DNA from: Priapulus caudatus | Taxonomy: Eukaryota | Direction: 5' to 3' | Length of the DNA stretch: 51,443 bases | NCBI RefSeq assembly: GCF_000485595.1 | Contig: NW_014577062.1 | Coordinates: 281,212-332,654 of the forward strand | Part shown: one piece after another, positions 1-10,716 of the stretch | How the letters are laid out: each line of letters starts with the position of its first letter | How positions within the stretch are numbered: the first letter of the stretch is position 1 | Translations under genes and position numbers: made by a program | The notes under the pieces: generated by a model | Seen by the model: the letters and a program-made list of their open reading frames with translations, nothing else | Told to the model about the DNA's origin: nothing | Databases searched by the model: none

Positions 1-450
1 TCCACCAGCTTCTCCCCCTCCTCCTTCTCCACCAGCTTCTCCCCTCCTCTTTTTTCCACCAGTTTCTCCCCCTTCTCCACCACCTTCTCCCTTCTCCCTC
101 TCCTCCTTTCTCCACCACTTTCTCCCTTCTCCTCTCCTCCTTCTCCACCAGCTTCTCCCCCTCCTCCTTCTCCACCAGTTTCTCCCTTCTCCCCTTCTTC
201 CTTCTCCACCAGGTTCTCCCCCTCCTCCTTCTCCACCACCTTCTCCCTTCTCCCCTCCTCCTTCTCCACCAGCTTCTACCCTCTTCCTTCTCCACCACCT
301 TCTCCCTTCTCCCCTTCCTCCTTTTCCACCAGCTTCTCCCTTTCTCCTTCTCCACCACCTTCTCCCTTCTCCCCTTCCTCATTCTCCACCAGCTTCTCCC
401 CCTCCTCCCTCTCCACCAGCTTCTCTCCGCCTCCTTCTCCACCACCTCAC
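1..450. repeat. Pyrimidine-rich minisatellite, core TCCACCAGCTTCTCCCCCTCCTCCTTC, alternating ~27 and ~33-bp units; runs off the window start
   Basis: TCCACC anchors recur at 1, 28, 55, 76, 111, 144, 171, 205, 232, 265 and 291. Spacings of 21-35 bp are not all multiples of 3, so it is not read as coding. Confidence 0.9.
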
Positions 451-625
451 CATGCTTCACACTTCTGCACGTGAGATCGCTTTGCGATACAGCTGGAAGT
501 GACGTCACGAATACGCGATTACATCTTATTGGTTAACACAAACCACGTGACAAAATATGCAAATTATCTCCTGTACCGGCCTGAATAGAGACAACCCCAA
601 TGTGATTTTACCGTGCCCTGAGCAA

Positions 626-811
626 CCGGCAGTTAGATGCGATATGATATGACTACTAGGCACTTTAAGGCACTTTTTTTAGGGTTAGGGTTAGGGTTTA
701 GGTTTAGGGTTTAGGTTAGGTTAGGGTTAGGGTTAGGGTTTTTTTTTTTAAGTGCCTAGTAGTCATATCCTAAGTGCCTAGTAGTCATATCATATCGCAT
801 CTAACTGCCGG
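626..811. mobile_element. MITE-like foldback element: 40-bp perfect inverted repeats around a (TTAGGG)n-like core
   Basis: 626-665 CCGGCAGTTAGATGCGATATGATATGACTACTAGGCACTT is the exact reverse complement of 772-811. The core (~679-740) is TTAGGG/TTTAGG repeats between T-runs. There is an extra partial right arm at 750-769. No clear TSD. Confidence 0.8.
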
Positions 812-1012
812 GTGCCATGCCTGAGCTGGTTTCTGTAATCGTCATGGCTGGCGGCGTTGCATTGTGGGTAATATGAAAAATTGCGGAACCCTCTCTTTTA
901 ATCTAGTCAAAATTACGCGCTCATTATAATTGTTTACATAGCATTTCTTTGTGGTAATCCGACGGTTTTGTGAGATTCGTGGCGTATTTTGCTTACATAT
1001 TTAACCATTAAT

Positions 1013-1111
1013 ATGGCTTCTAAAAGAGATGCTAGTACCAGTGGTGGTGTCAAGCGTAAACACCAGTCCATATTGATCCATTCATCGTTCTATCGATACC
1101 TGTACCTGTAA
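1013..1111 (+). pseudogene. Truncated pogo/Tigger-type transposase N-terminus (MASKRDASTSGGVKRKHQSILI...)
   Basis: Manual translation from ATG 1013. The MASKR...GGVKRKHQS pattern resembles the start of the CENP-B/psq HTH of Tigger/Jerky-like transposases. The resemblance stops after ~22 codons and a TAA follows at 1109-1111. Recognised from memory, not by search. Confidence 0.55.
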
Positions 1112-2413
1112 ATAAAGCTTTGCCGGCAAATCGGTGTGTACACATGAATAAAGGATTGAGTTCGTGCACTTTCTTTTCACGTATGGCAGTAAACGTGTTG
1201 CGCGAAGGGTCACGAATCGGGCATTGTCGAAGACGTACTACGGATCTGTTCTCACAGTAGCAACTAGTTATTTCATAGTAAGCATTCTTGCAAAAAACTT
1301 TTTTTTATCTGTTTATAACAATCTTCGTTCTAGTGTGAAACGATGTGCGCACTGTTCACCATCTTGCCAGCGATAAATTTCAATACTTTTTCGCCTTCGC
1401 TCGCTCACTCCCTACGGTGTGAAAGCTAGGGACGAGTAAAGCAGCAACATGGCGACGTGGTATCTAAAACTGCTTAAGCGACACCTTTCCGTAGGGAGGA
1501 AGAGCTCTATCTTGGCGGGTCGCCCAGCTCACCTCAGCGCCCCCCGCACGCGTTCGTTCGTCCACTCTGCAATCCGGATAATTGTGGTCCGATCTGCTCG
1601 CGCAGTTTACCTGGCCGCTTCCCGGTTTTACGGCCGGATTACAGATGAGCGTGATTACAGGTATGGAGTCCGCATGCATTTCACAGTCGCGAAGCGATGA
1701 CGTGATGTATTTGATCAGTATTACGATAAGTATACGACAAAGCATCGCCGTTTTTGGAAAATTAATGGCGTTACACAATCACGTCGCTCTGCGCCGGCTG
1801 AGAGAAAATGTTAGGTCCTAATTGCAAAGGGAGGCTTTGCATTCTCTTTTCAATCATGTATGGGAAACCTTCATAATTAAAATCTTTGATTAGTACAGAC
1901 ACACGCATTTCCTGTAGATGAGAACACGGGAATGACAGCCCTCCGTGAAACGTAATTTGCACAAAATGAGCTTTTATTTGTTCGACACACACAAGGCACG
2001 GCTGATAGGCAGCGAAGAGTGTGATGTCGAAAACGAACTATAGAACTATTTTGAAACGCAATACAAACGCAGGCCGTTTAGAATATTATAGCAAAAGATG
2101 AGTCATCCTACAGCATGAGAGTACAGCGTTATTGCAGTAACGTATATGCACCTGTGTAAAATGAAAATCGTGTTTCTAATAACCGCATTAAAAGCACGTA
2201 TAATTAAAATCAGCTTCGACAGTTTTCCAGGATTTTTAGGCGTATAGCGGAACAGGAGAGAGTTCGGCTGAGTAGATATTCTACACAGCAGCAACTATAA
2301 CGATTAGTGTGAAAAAACCATTCCCTAGTTCATGCTGGTCTGTAGCTGACTAATAGAAGCAAGCTCTACACTGAGAAAAGTCATGCAAGCAGACGGACTT
2401 GGCATACATCAAG

Positions 2414-2722
2414 GAAAGTGTAAAATCCAAGCAATGTGACCGGATATACATCTGGTGAAGCATAAAATCCGGATAATGCAGCCGGATATATGCGCGGAAG
2501 TGTAAAATCCAGCAAATTTAGCCAAATATGTATGCGCGGAAATGTAAGATTTAGGCAATGTAACCGGATATGCATTTCTGTCAATGTAGCTGTGTATGTA
2601 TGCGCGGAAGTGTAAATTCCAGGCAAACGTAGCCGAATATATATATATATATATATACAAGAGCTAATAATACCTAATAATACCTAATAATACCTAATAA
2701 GATTTTATTAGCTCTTGATAAT

Positions 2723-2769
<47 letters not shown>

Positions 2770-2850
2770 ACGCGGGCACGTGTAAAATCCATTGCAATGT
2801 AAGTGGATGTAACAACCGTCAAATGTATAACTCCTGACAATGTAGCGGGG
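2414..2850. repeat. Degenerate ~41-bp minisatellite (GAAGTGTAAAATCCAGGCAATGTAGCCGGATATATGCGCG), interrupted by (TA)n and a small foldback
   Basis: GTGTAAAATCC...AATGTAGCCGGATAT motif recurs about 6 times at 2414-2640 and about twice more at 2775-2850. Confidence 0.8.
2658..2717. mobile_element. Tiny foldback element CAAGAGCTAATAA...TTATTAGCTCTTG with internal (TACCTAATAA)3
   Basis: 13-bp perfect inverted repeat at 2658-2670 / 2705-2717, inside a (TA)n tract. Same termini as the element at 47258-47280. Confidence 0.7.
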
Positions 2851-2929
2851 AAAAGTATCCGTTAATGGTGGACCATCTTTGATTTAAACACATTCCACTC
2901 TACTCTTGGATTACATTACTGTAGTACCC

Positions 2930-2948
2930 GCACACACACACACCACCA

Positions 2949-2990
<42 letters not shown>

Positions 2991-3152
2991 CACACACACA
3001 CACACACAAACACACACCACACCACACACACCACACACACACACACGACACACACACACACACAACACACACACACACACCGACACACCACACACAACAC
3101 ACACACACACCACCGACACACACACAAACACACACATACCGACACACACACA

Positions 3153-3188
<36 letters not shown>

Positions 3189-3194
3189 ATTACA

Positions 3195-3234
<40 letters not shown>

Positions 3235-3445
3235 CCATACACCACACACACACATACACTTCAACACACACACACGCACACAACACAATCACACACAAAC
3301 ACACACACACACAACATACACACACACCACACGCACACACACACCACACACACACCACAACATACACACACACACACACACACGCACACACACACACACA
3401 CACACACGCAGCGCGCGCTGCGCACCCCCCACACAGCCACACATA

Positions 3446-3490
<45 letters not shown>

Positions 3491-3700
3491 GCGCGCACGG
3501 TCGCTACGACGCACGCGCACACACACGCCGGCCACACGCACACGACACCACACGCACACGCACACGCACACGCACACGCACCGACACACACACACACACA
3601 CACACGCGACGCCGCGCGCGGCCGGCGCGCGCATGTTACAGGCGCACACGCACTCGCGCCCATACGCGCGCACGTACAGGCGCACGTACAAGCGCGCAGT
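2930..3700. repeat. Degenerate (CA)n/(CGCA)n microsatellite block
   Basis: Seen directly. It accounts for all the HT/CV-rich ORFs here. Confidence 0.95.
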
Positions 3701-4267
3701 TTCGAGCGGAAACCTCGGTACGATATTCAAACGCTTCGCCTCGTGCGCAGTCTACGCCTGCACGCTGCGTGCATGCACGCAGGCACCTGTAGTTAACATC
3801 CAATGTGCTACGACCATAACCCGTACAATGAAGCCCGCGATTCGACATCGGCGTGTACGCGATGTGCCAGCCAGCTAGCGCCAGCTTTAATATTCTGCAA
3901 ATCGAATCAATAGAGGTACTTTGTACGTGATGACGCCGAGTATGCGAGGCGGCTGCTGCTGGGCTTGAGACGTAGTGTGCTGCACGGTCTCATCGCGTCG
4001 TCGCCGGCCGACCGAGACCAGTCGGCACTGGGCAGTGACGACGAGAACGGATACGTCGTCGTCGGCGTCTATAGTGCCTGTTTTTGCGCTGCGCGACGAA
4101 GCAGACAGTGCTGCCGCTGAGATAGTGTGTCGAAAACAAGCGGAGCCCCCTGTGTGGGCGGACAACGACGGAGATAGGCGGAGGGGTCGTCGGGCCAGCA
4201 GGGGTACGAACGGGACGTCGGCTGTTGGAAGCACCGGGATGTAGCGCGTGGGAGCCGCGATCAGTTA

Positions 4268-4445
4268 CGTGCGTGCGTGTCTGCGTGCGTGCGTGTGCGT
4301 GTGCGTGTGCGTGCGTGCCTGCGTGCGTGCGCGTGTGCGTGTGCGTGCGTGTGCGTGTGCGTGTGCGTGTGCGTGTGCGTGTGCGTGTGCGTGTGTGCGC
4401 GTGTGCGTGCGTGCGTGCGTGCGCGGTGCGTGTGCGTGTGACGCG
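4268..4445. repeat. (GTGC)n/(GTGCGT)n microsatellite just upstream of the candidate start codon
   Basis: Seen directly as an alternating purine-pyrimidine tract. Confidence 0.95.
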
Positions 4446-4511
4446 CCCGGGGCGCGCGACTCCTCGTTGCGAATACGCACTCATCCGCTACATCAGCTAA
4501 GCCTGTGAGTG

Positions 4512-4545
4512 ATGAGCAAGACCATCATGACCGTACCGTATGAAG
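4512..4545 (+). CDS. Candidate first coding exon of an unidentified gene (MSKTIMTVPYE + 1 nt, phase-1 donor)
   Basis: In-frame TGA at 4506-4508 precedes ATG 4512. The exon ends at a consensus donor AAG|GTGAGT (4546-4551) in a CpG-rich context. Its phase matches the acceptors at 45757 and 49379. Confidence 0.55.
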
Positions 4546-5245
4546 GTGAGTGCCGCGGCCGTCGCCCGCGCAGCGTCCTGGCGAGGCGCGTGTATCTCGC
4601 CTGCGTTTCAACAGATAATTGAGATAGGCGCGCGCGTAACCGTATACGCGCGCTCGTCTGCGTGTGCGCCGCGTCGCCCGGATTCTGTTTCAGCGCCATT
4701 GTAAGCTCAATTTATTCGAGAAGAATTACGAAGATTTGACGTCCATTTTGTTTCATTAGCGGTCGCGTGACGGCGAGGGCGCCAGAAGTTGAATGTATAG
4801 TTTCACTGTGCGCGCGAACATTGTGTATAGATTCAGGTGACAATGCACTATACCCGTGACCGTGCCAACTTAGAGCAGAGATTCAATTAATGTAGACATC
4901 TGCGATACGTGACCGTGTAGTTTTGTTAGTATTGCATGACATGTACGCGATAATGAAATATGCACGGTATACTGCAATAGTGTACGCAGATCGCAATAAT
5001 GAAATTAACGTTTATTAACAGTCCGTAGCAATGATAAGGAAGCCAATAATGTATAGCAAAGCGTACGTGATGCTGCACTGTACTCTGCAGTAGTACACGC
5101 GTTGGCGCGTCGTAAGTAAAACACGTAACATATTCCAAAGAACATATTGACATAGACTCGGCAAACGACGTCGGGTGAAGCGACGGTAGCAGATAACTCA
5201 GCCGCACGTCTATGACGACTTCCGAACAGACCCTATACATTCTGG

Positions 5246-5400
5246 TGCATCGATCTGATCTGATCGATGCATCTGATCATTTGATCTGTTCGATGTATCT
5301 GATCATCTGATCATCTGACCTAATCGATGCATCAGATTCCGGATCGATGCATCTGATCATCTGATCTGATCGATGCATCTGATCATCTGATTACATCTTG
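5246..5400. repeat. GATC-dense ~26-bp degenerate tandem repeat (GATCGATGCATCTGATCATCTGATCT)
   Basis: About 5 copies of the ATCGATGCATCTGATCATCTGA unit. Confidence 0.85.
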
Positions 5401-5743
5401 AGGATCAGGGTTGCACACATTGTGCAGCACTGCTAGTGCTATCGCTCTCTCTACTCAGTTTTAGCTACAGTAACAACACCACACGTCATTACTCAACCAA
5501 CTCCTGCGAAGCCAGCTCTCTCACTGCTCAACAAAGCATAGCCACCGCGAATAACAGAAGAAAAACTGCGGTGCTGCATATAATATAGGCCTACATACGG
5601 TTTGGTACTGGCATTACACATACATATACGTGTTACGCCACATTGTCCCAGCCAGGCTACATTTGTAAATGATGTGCCGTGTTGACGACATCTGTACGTA
5701 GTATAGAGGAACGTGGCACCGCCTGCATCTAGCGCCTACACGT

Positions 5744-6060
5744 AGTGCTGCCATGTGATGGCACCTGGATAGAAGTTCTGTATAGTGCTGCCATGTGATG
5801 GTACCTGGATAGAAGTTGTGTATAGTGTTGCCATGTGATGGTACCTGGATAGAAGTTGTGTATAGTGCTGCCATGTGATGGTACCTGGATAGAAGTTGTG
5901 TATAGGCCTAGTGGTGCCATGTGAAACTACGCGGATAGAACCTATACACAGCAGTGCAATTGCATTGGTAGAACATAAACATGGACGTGTCATGTGCAGC
6001 TACGTGGCTAGAGCCTGCACAGTGTGACGCTATGTGGCAGCGTCCAGGTAGCACGTAGAT
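5744..6060. repeat. 40-bp minisatellite (AGTGCTGCCATGTGATGGTACCTGGATAGAAGTTGTGTAT)
   Basis: CCATGTG anchors at 5751, 5791, 5831, 5871 and 5918, with degenerate copies beyond. Confidence 0.9.
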
Positions 6061-6580
6061 ATTGTTGTGCGTGTATTGTGTTGCGGGTTGACTTGCACTA
6101 TTAAACAGTCATAGGGGTAGTTTTTGCATGTATGCAGTGATGCGTAATGCGGCCCAGGGCAGAGGTGTAATTGAGGAATCGCTACCGTCACAAGGTCGCG
6201 CTAAATCTCGATTCCTCACATATGGGGAAAAAATCACACGCCTGAGTGCTTTATAAATCATTAGTGTTTAATTAACGCCGCCGTAAGAAATCATTAGGAA
6301 TTAATTACCAGCGCACAGCAGCGCGCATGAACACGTGTTTGTTTATGACCCGCGTGCTAACAGCATGCACGAGCGTGATGGATGGGTGATGGATGGCGTG
6401 ATGGAGGGCGGGCTGTGGTAGAGAGTACACGCGTGGTTTCATCCGTCTCACTCATCTATTACGTTTACACCGACGTCTGACCATAGCGCGTGAAAGAAGG
6501 CTACGGGTAAGTGTCATCAATTTCGTTGCTGAACTGTTACCGGTAGCCAGGGTTTAGGCGTACGCCCAGATCGTTAGAGC

Positions 6581-6782
6581 TGCACAACCCTTTGCGTAAG
6601 ATGTTCTGTGTTAACGTGTGCAAACGTCGCCGGACATTTTAATTTTAGTTAGTTATACTTTTAGTTAGTTAGGTCTAACGTCGCCTGACATGTAACTTTC
6701 AGTTAGTTTTACTTTTAGTTAGTTAGGTCTAGGCCATGCGAGACATTGTTTAGTACGGAACAGAGCGCATTTGAGGTGCGCA
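6581..6782. mobile_element. Old degenerate foldback element with a duplicated TTAGTT/TTAGGT-rich core
   Basis: TGCACAACCCTTTGCG..TGTTCTGTGTTAA roughly mirrors TTTAGTACGGAACA..CGCATTTGAGGTGCGCA. An internal ~54-bp direct duplication lies at ~6623-6731. Confidence 0.4.
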
Positions 6783-7321
6783 TCTGCACTGTTTACGCCG
6801 TTCTCTCGTGCACATCGTCAACGGACTTCGAGCGAGATGCGATCGGATTCCGCGATTCATAACACGCTCGATGCACGCCGGGCAACGAGGAAATAACAAC
6901 GACGAAAACCCCATATAGCGAATGTTCGACAACGGCTGCCGTGAAAACACCTATATTATTGCTTCGATACCTGACACCGCCGTACGGACTAACCGGCAGC
7001 GCGTGCGTCCGCCTCTGCCGCAGCCGCGCCCCGCCCTCACAGCCCGTAATCGGATAGCACATTATGCTTCATTAGTCGCTATAAATTGCAAAGTTTCACA
7101 AGACCGGGCGGAATGGATTGCGCGTGTAAGTGTATTTCTGTGTTCTCACCTTTCGCGCAATTTTTGGCCGCACGTTTTCGTCGGTAGCTTAGCTGCATGT
7201 GCTGGTTGTGCTGGTGCGCTGCGGAGGTTGATGATGAATGGCGTTCGGTGATACAGCGATCTCCGGCCGCGCGAGGATAACAATCGTAAAATATCGCGTC
7301 GTCGAAACCTCGAACACTCAT

Positions 7322-7323
7322 GC

Positions 7324-7368
<45 letters not shown>

Positions 7369-7477
7369 GCCTGTCCGTCCTTCCGTACGTTCTTTTGTCT
7401 GCCTGGCAGTCAGTCAGTCAATCAGTCGGTCTGTCTGTCTGTCTGTCTGTCTCTCGGTGTGTGTGTGTGTGTGTGTG

Positions 7478-7532
<55 letters not shown>

Positions 7533-7560
7533 CCATCTGTCTGTCTGTCTGTTTCTCTTC
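7322..7560. repeat. (GTCT)n with embedded (GT)n microsatellite
   Basis: Seen directly. Confidence 0.95.
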
Positions 7561-8603
7561 TGTCGGTCAGTGGGTCACAGTAGTCAAACCATTCTTTTTT
7601 AGACTGCCACAACATGACCATCTGTGTATAATTTGCTGATGCATCTACGTGACCCTTTATTTCATAACCACGTGACAGAAAATCGTTTTCACGCGCGACT
7701 GATGAAGCTCTATGAACGCTAAACGAAAGCATTAATCGTACTCGTTAATAACCATGAGTGACAATTTAATGTTTCATTTCTTATCACGTCTAGCCGCCGT
7801 AGATGACGCGGTGAAAGAAGAGACAATCGATATATATATATAATATAGCGATAAAATGCGCACGTTATATATCAAAGGTCGTGAATCGCGAGCTATGGTT
7901 TACGTCACCGACCACCAGCCTGTATTCAGCGGAAAACTGGGAGATGATATTATATTTACCCTCCTAACGTAAACAGTGCGTATCGATAGTATAATGGCAC
8001 GATAGCCGGCGGGTGAGTGAAGCGAAATGGATAATGAAGAGTATGAAAGCGTTTTCGCTGCGCGTCGAGTAGCGACCAGCGTCGAGGCAGCCAGGCAGAT
8101 GTACGTTTGTGTGCGGACCGAGTCGTTTATTTTGTGCAATAACAGCCTAGCGTCGACCCGCTTATTTGGAATCGTCGTGGACTCCAGCAACGCTCTCGAT
8201 GCGTCGGTTGATGATCGACCACTGGAGGTGGAGGAGCTCGTTCATTCATTGTCGCAAATACATATAATAGTAGTCGCAACGATTGTGAAAACCGTACTGC
8301 GACGAGAGAGCGGTGAGCCATCAAATTCCGGTTCATCGCCGACGACCATATCTATGAATTGCAAATTATTGTTATTGCGCCTAAACGCACATAAGACAGC
8401 AATTATTTTGCATTCACATGTAACGAAATTGACTATTATTGAAGCTCGATATAAAACTTCTCAAAATATCTCAGCCTAACCCACTAATCCTGATCCTTGA
8501 TCAACCTCAAACTATTCGGCACGCGAAGAACACACATAAAAAGCAGCTATTCGCCTGTAGCCTTCCATAGCCGACTCCCCGCACTGGGGGTTTACAGCAC
8601 AAG

Positions 8604-8724
<121 letters not shown>

Positions 8725-8962
8725 TATTGGTTCGACGTCTTCACTCGTCGTTTATCGTCGTTGTCGGGAGAGCCGCTTGCATCGCGACGCTGATAAAGCT
8801 CGATCGATCAAGGTACGCGTGCTGGGCTGGCGGTTAGTTACCACTCGTATTACGGACCGTCCCGCGGGGATCTCAGCGGCAAATCTGTGTGCTGAGCGTG
8901 CTGACGATCAGAAAGATGTCTTGATGTTATTGATGCAGAGGCCGCGGAGGAGGCCGTGGAGG

Positions 8963-9262
8963 AGGCGGTCGGTATATAGGCGGTCGGTATGTAGGCGGTC
9001 GGTATATAGACGGTCGGTATGTAGGCGGTCGGTATGTAGGCGGTCGGTATGTAAGCGGTCGGTATATAGGCGGTCGGTATATAGGCGGTCGGTATATAGG
9101 CGGTCGGAATATAGGCGGTCGGTATATAGGCGGTCGGTATATAGGCGGTCGGTATATAGACGGTCGGTATATAGGCGGTCGGTATATAGGCGGTCGGTAT
9201 ATAGGCGGTCGGTACATAGACGGTCGGTATATAGGCGGTCGGTATTTAAGCGGCCGGTATAT
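8963..9262. repeat. 15-bp minisatellite (AGGCGGTCGGTATAT) x20
   Basis: 20 units, visible as RRSVY-type repeats in ORF 8777..9346. Confidence 0.95.
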
Positions 9263-9961
9263 ATAAAGGAAGATGAAGTCAGGAGTGCGCGCGTGCATTC
9301 TAACGCTGCCGGATTAGCGATAGCCGCGTCTGTCATGCTGGCATGAGGTGATAACGCTGTCGTGTGCATGGTCACAGTGGCGACGATGCGATGCATACAA
9401 TGCATCAACTTATGCGGCACGCGTCGGTTTATGACAGCGAAATTCGCTATAAGCGTGGCTTTGAGTCAAATCATCAAGACTCTACTAGAAACGATGGCTG
9501 TTGAAATTAGAATGACGTGAGGACGGGTGTCCTTGACGATGACGGCGACCATCGCAACAACCGCACACCTTCATAATGACGGTATATATATACCCTTCAT
9601 GTAGTGACAGTCATCCGCTCAAATCTGAAAAAAATAACTGTGATGTCCACAACCGTAGTGACGTTGAATCCGCCGCAAATCGAGCAATTTCCCGAGATTT
9701 TTTTCAGCGAGCATTTGCGGAATATTGCCGAGTGAAAACTGCAAACTTTGCCGCGATTCAAGTACGCATGCATGACTATGCGCATCTATCGTCTGATCAT
9801 GCTAACTCCTGCACACCACCGCAAGCATAGCGATGGCTATAATTAGAATTGAGACGCTTTCCTGATTTCTTCTCAGCATGGTTACTAGTATTTCGCAAGC
9901 TTCGAGAATACAATAGCAGTCGACGATGTCGATACGAGCTGCCGCAACACTGGTTCCCTAA

Positions 9962-10377
9962 AGGTAGGGGCACACGAGCGATTTTTATCGCCCGATCGCC
10001 GCGAATTTTAAAATCGCTCGAAAAATTCGCCCGTGTGCCCGTTCACGTCGACGCCGATTTTAATCGCCCGCACGAATCGCCCGTATCCAAAATGTTAGAT
10101 ATTTTCGGGCGATTATTTACGCCGGCGATTATTTACTGGCAAATTCGCTCGTGTGCCCGTGTCCGGCGTATTTTGTCGCCCGATCGATTTTTCTAAACCA
10201 ATCGGACGTGTTGTTGATATCATGTGATGCATCATGTGATCATGTGATTTCGTCGAGTGGCGTACGCGTACGCTCTCAAATTCGCTACGTGTGCCCCTTC
10301 GTGATCGGGCGATTAAATTCGCTGGCGATTTTAATCGCCGCGATCGGGCGATAAAATACGCTCGTGTGCCCCTAGCA
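9962..10377. mobile_element. PIF/Harbinger-type MITE (~416 bp), TAA target-site duplication
   Basis: TAA at 9959-9961 and 10378-10380. Left TIR AGGTAGGGGCACACGAGCGATTTTTATCGCCCGATCGC mirrors right GCGATCGGGCGATAAAATACGCTCGTGTGCCCCTAGCA. TIR sub-motifs repeat internally. A TWA TSD is typical of PIF/Harbinger. Confidence 0.85.
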
Positions 10378-10451
10378 TAAATGAGCCAACAGAAATCGCG
10401 CGTTAATGGTGTATAATCGAAAGATGAATGTTTTATCGAAACGGTAATATA

Positions 10452-10716
10452 TAGGGCCGTAGGCTGAGCAAATTCCTAGGGGGGGGGGCAGTGGCGGATC
10501 CAGGATTTCAAGGAGGGGGCGAGAAACAGGCGGGGGGTCTGGGGAATTCAAAAATGTAGATCGCAGGAGATGGTATTTTAGGCAATTTTGAGTACATGTA
10601 CAGCCTTCATTCTGACTACGACAATTCTCTTTTAGTAGAACAATTTATTTTTTAATTTTGCTCCCAAATCTAGGGGGCAGCTGCCCCCTTGCCCCCCCCC
10701 GCAGGATACGGCCCTG
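10452..10716. mobile_element. hAT-like MITE (TAGGGCCGTA...TACGGCCCTG) with poly-G/poly-C subtermini, containing a second CAGTGGCGGATCCAGG terminus at 10489
   Basis: 10-bp terminal inverted repeats with G-runs on the left and C-runs on the right. Only a degenerate 8-bp flank match (GGTAATAT / GGTAAATC). Confidence 0.6.

Noticed and set aside
1..450. Possible Glu/Lys/Gly-rich coding repeat on the minus strand
   Set aside because: Unit lengths of 26, 34 and 35 bp break any reading frame.
679..740. True chromosome end or telomere
   Set aside because: The tract is short, imperfect and enclosed by inverted repeats with unique sequence on both sides.
2900..3796. Long HT-rich and CV-rich ORFs (also at 13725-14159, 23279-23903, 27489-28174, 39508-39993, 40390-41765, 50140-50779)
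   Set aside because: They are translations of (CA)n/(CG)n microsatellites that lack stops in several frames on both strands. Some run through N gaps.
8027..8479. 150-aa ATG-initiated ORF
   Set aside because: No recognisable domain, no clear codon bias, and no convincing splice sites. It cannot be supported without expression data.
8777..9346. Arg-rich (RRSVY)20 ORF resembling a protamine-like or repeat protein
   Set aside because: A 15-bp unit is open in three frames by chance. Most types of unit variant are non-synonymous (Y>C/H/F, V>E, R>K), and there is no splice or start support.
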